A stretch of 9,468 nt of DNA from the IMG/VR virus record IMGVR_UViG_2648501787_000002; one strand, given 5' to 3'. Below, piece after piece: positions 7,572 to 9,468 of the stretch (position 1 is its first letter; each line of letters starts with the position of its first letter). Both the position numbers and the translations under genes were made by a program. The notes beneath the pieces were generated by a model. That model did not search any database, had not been told where the DNA came from, and worked only from the letters and a program-made list of their open reading frames with translations. The stretch is from a virus. Its lineage: Duplodnaviria > Heunggongvirae > Uroviricota > Caudoviricetes.

Positions 7572-8374
7572 GCAAGATTGACTATCAGGTACTGCGTGCC
7601 AAGGCAGAAAAAGCAACGTGTGGTGTATGGTCGCTCGAATATGGAGAGGGCCGATTTGATGGTGATGATGCACTAATTCATCGCGAGGCTGCTGGATATA
7701 TTCCCATTTGCAGAATTGAAGGAGCGCATCCAGAAAGCGGTTTCGATGAAGATTTCCAAATGGAACAGCAGGCCAATGCTGAATTCATCGCCGCAGCCAA
7801 TCCGGCTACCGTCTTGGCGCTGCTTGGCGAGCTGGAAGCAGCAGAGAACAACCTTATTGATAGTGAATGCCATGTTGCTGAACTGGAAGAAGCGCTACGC
7901 GATAAGCAGGCGTTACTTGAAGCATCAGAAAAGCGCATAGCAGAACTGGAAGCCGAACTCGTAAGCCAAACTTACAAGTTGCCAGAATTAATCGAGGGCA
8001 TGGAAGTTTCCATTGATGTAAGCACTTGTGATGCTGATTTAGGTAATCGCTATTTCGGCACCGTCACCGAGGCGTTAGAACTTGATACTGCCAAGAATGG
8101 TTACATCCTCCTGGTTCAGGACGCAGAGCCAAACTTCGATGTAAATGGCAACTCTCCGGTAACTCCGGATGGTTGGATAAGCTGTAGTGATCGAATGCCG
8201 GATGATGGTCAGCACGTAATTATTTTATGTGATGGCGCATTCGTTCTTTATGCGCAATATCGAGACAGTGAGTTTTTTGATGTTGTCCGCAATGGTGAGG
8301 AGTTCTTCGAAACGCAGAGCCGCAATGTAACCCACTGGATGCCGCTACCGGAACCGCCGCAGGAGGTAAAGTGA
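7568..8374 (+). CDS. Ea22-like prophage protein (coiled-coil middle region, DUF551-like C-terminal domain)
   Basis: Probable GTG start at 7568, 6 nt after AAAGGAGG (track shows a longer 7547 start). N-terminus [21 protein letters not shown], central coiled coil ([47 protein letters not shown]), C-terminal [14 protein letters not shown]...HWMPLPEPP. Assignment is from memory of prophage Ead/Ea22-like proteins. Confidence 0.55.
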   Translation: MSKIDYQVLRAKAEKATCGVWSLEYGEGRFDGDDALIHREAAGYIPICRIEGAHPESGFDEDFQMEQQANAEFIAAANPATVLALLGELEAAENNLIDSECHVAELEEALRDKQALLEASEKRIAELEAELVSQTYKLPELIEGMEVSIDVSTCDADLGNRYFGTVTEALELDTAKNGYILLVQDAEPNFDVNGNSPVTPDGWISCSDRMPDDGQHVIILCDGAFVLYAQYRDSEFFDVVRNGEEFFETQSRNVTHWMPLPEPPQEVK

Positions 8375-8658
8375 TGGACTCCTTCGCGAAATATACGATT
8401 ATTGACTGGATAGCATTCCTTCAGGTTTTGCTCATCTGGTTTTATATGGCTTACAGGAGTGGACAGTGGATTGTCAGTGTAGCCTGTAGCAGGGGATGGC
8501 GTTGGTGGAACCGAAAGAATAAAAAAGCACTGGCCTTGGATTCGTTTTACGAAGCATTCAATCTTAACAGCCTTCAGCCTGGTTCTGTCATTGTAGTCAC
8601 CACTCAAAGCGGCATGACGATACAAATTCACAAGCCAAAGGAGGAAGGTCGTGGCTAA
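8374..8658 (+). CDS. Hypothetical small protein with one predicted N-terminal transmembrane helix
   Basis: ATG 8374 lies 7 nt after AGGAGG and overlaps the upstream stop (TGATG). Hydrophobic IIDWIAFLQVLLIWFYMAY segment. Confidence 0.45.
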   Translation: MDSFAKYTIIDWIAFLQVLLIWFYMAYRSGQWIVSVACSRGWRWWNRKNKKALALDSFYEAFNLNSLQPGSVIVVTTQSGMTIQIHKPKEEGRG

Positions 8659-8932
8659 CCTGCAACTTGCCGTCAAAGGTGAATACTTCAACGCCATGAT
8701 TCGCGGGGAGAAAACGGAAGAGTATCGCCTGTGCAATGACTACTGGAATAAACGCCTCGTTAATCGTAAGTATGACCGCCTGATTATCACAAAGGGATAT
8801 CCGAAGCGCGACGATTCCAGCCGCAGAATTGACGTCCCGTATGACGGATATGAAATCAAGACAATCACACATCCGCACTTCGGCGATAAACCGGTAACGG
8901 TATTCGCGATAAAGGTGAATATCAATTGCTAA
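8651..8932 (+). CDS. Small PUA/ASCH-like (DUF3850-type) protein
   Basis: GTG start 6 nt after AGGAGG. N-terminal KGEYFNAMIRGEKTEEYR resembles the ASCH/DUF3850 signature (Y-F-x-x-I-x-x-G-x-K-T-x-E-x-R) as I recall it. Confidence 0.45.
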   Translation: MANLQLAVKGEYFNAMIRGEKTEEYRLCNDYWNKRLVNRKYDRLIITKGYPKRDDSSRRIDVPYDGYEIKTITHPHFGDKPVTVFAIKVNINC

Positions 8933-8956
8933 ATTAGTAGCATAGCATAAAGATGC

Positions 8957-8980
8957 TTGCATTAATGAAGTGTGTATAAT
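8957..8980 (+). promoter_or_regulatory. Candidate sigma70 promoter (consensus -10 TATAAT at 8975..8980; TTGCAT at 8957..8962)
   Basis: Perfect TATAAT preceded by TGTG, in an AT-rich intergenic region upstream of ORF 9046..9237. The TTGCAT element is only 12 bp upstream, so it is unlikely to be the true -35. Confidence 0.3.
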
Positions 8981-9045
8981 AACGCCTCATCAATAGTAAA
9001 CTACTGAAATAGCAAAAAAAATGCATATTAAAGAGGATTCAAAAA

Positions 9046-9237
9046 TTGAAAATGTTCATGCAAATAGACAGACGCATAGATATTAATGGCAATTCATACT
9101 TAGTTAGATGCGAAGAGAGGCCTAACGGTGAGTGGCGTGTATATGATATTGACCGTAAGATCAATATCAGCACCATGAACAAAGACACTGCCTTTGATGA
9201 ATGGAAAGCTGAAGCTAAAAAACAACATAATTCGTAA
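9046..9237 (+). CDS. Hypothetical small protein (63 aa), stand-alone moron-like gene
   Basis: TTG 9046 or ATG 9052 start downstream of AAGAGGA. Bracketed by a candidate promoter and a rho-independent terminator. No recognisable family. Confidence 0.4.
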   Translation: MKMFMQIDRRIDINGNSYLVRCEERPNGEWRVYDIDRKINISTMNKDTAFDEWKAEAKKQHNS

Positions 9238-9280
9238 AATTACAAAAACCCTAACCAATTGATGGATTTCTTTTATCTGA

Positions 9281-9305
9281 ACTCGCTACGGCGAGTTTTG
9301 TTTTA
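9281..9305 (+). terminator. Rho-independent terminator
   Basis: Stem actcgc / gcgagt (6 bp), loop tacg, then ttttgtttt. Confidence 0.65.
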
Positions 9306-9368
9306 TGGAGATGATAAATGAACTTCCGAGTTACAGGTGAATGGAATGGAGAGCCATTCAACAGGGTT

Positions 9369-9468
<100 letters not shown>

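Noticed and set aside
7173-7940. Overlapping ORFs 7173..7367 (-), 7673..7873 (-), 7678..7938 (-) and 7716..7940 (+)
   Set aside because: Embedded in or antisense to the operon genes. The 7678..7938 product is low-complexity Ser/Ala-rich, typical of an antisense read-through frame.
8248-8962. Minus-strand ORFs 8248..8736 (162 aa) and 8597..8962 (121 aa), plus 8740..8925
   Set aside because: They oppose three tightly coupled plus-strand genes with good ribosome-binding sites. Kept only as a remote possibility of antisense coding.
8933-9045. Possible attachment site or origin in the AT-rich gap with repeated ATGCAT motifs
   Set aside because: The motifs are short and irregular, and I see no integrase gene or core-repeat pair in the window. 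A promoter region is the more economical reading.

Overview
This window is the early/immunity region of a mosaic lambdoid prophage, shown reversed relative to the standard lambda map. Calls rest on reading the sequence and recalling lambda, P22 and E. coli SSB sequences; no searches were run. Minus strand: a CII-like gene and cro. Then oR with divergent pR/pRM, and a cI that looks nearly identical to lambda cI. The slot lambda fills with rexA-rexB instead holds two overlapping unrelated genes (1561..2356), a soluble protein and a coiled-coil single-pass membrane protein, followed by a terminator. This is the best candidate for an undescribed lysogen-expressed exclusion module. Downstream are lambda-type oL/pL, a P22-type N antiterminator with matching boxB hairpins at nutL and nutR, and a long plus-strand pL operon: small accessory genes, cIII-like and Kil-like ORFs, a Rad52/Erf-type annealing protein, SSB, an HNH-like zinc protein, an Ea22-like protein and a promoter-terminator-bounded small gene. 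The whole window is bracketed by a perfect 98-bp terminal inverted repeat. I saw no rRNA, tRNA or CRISPR array.
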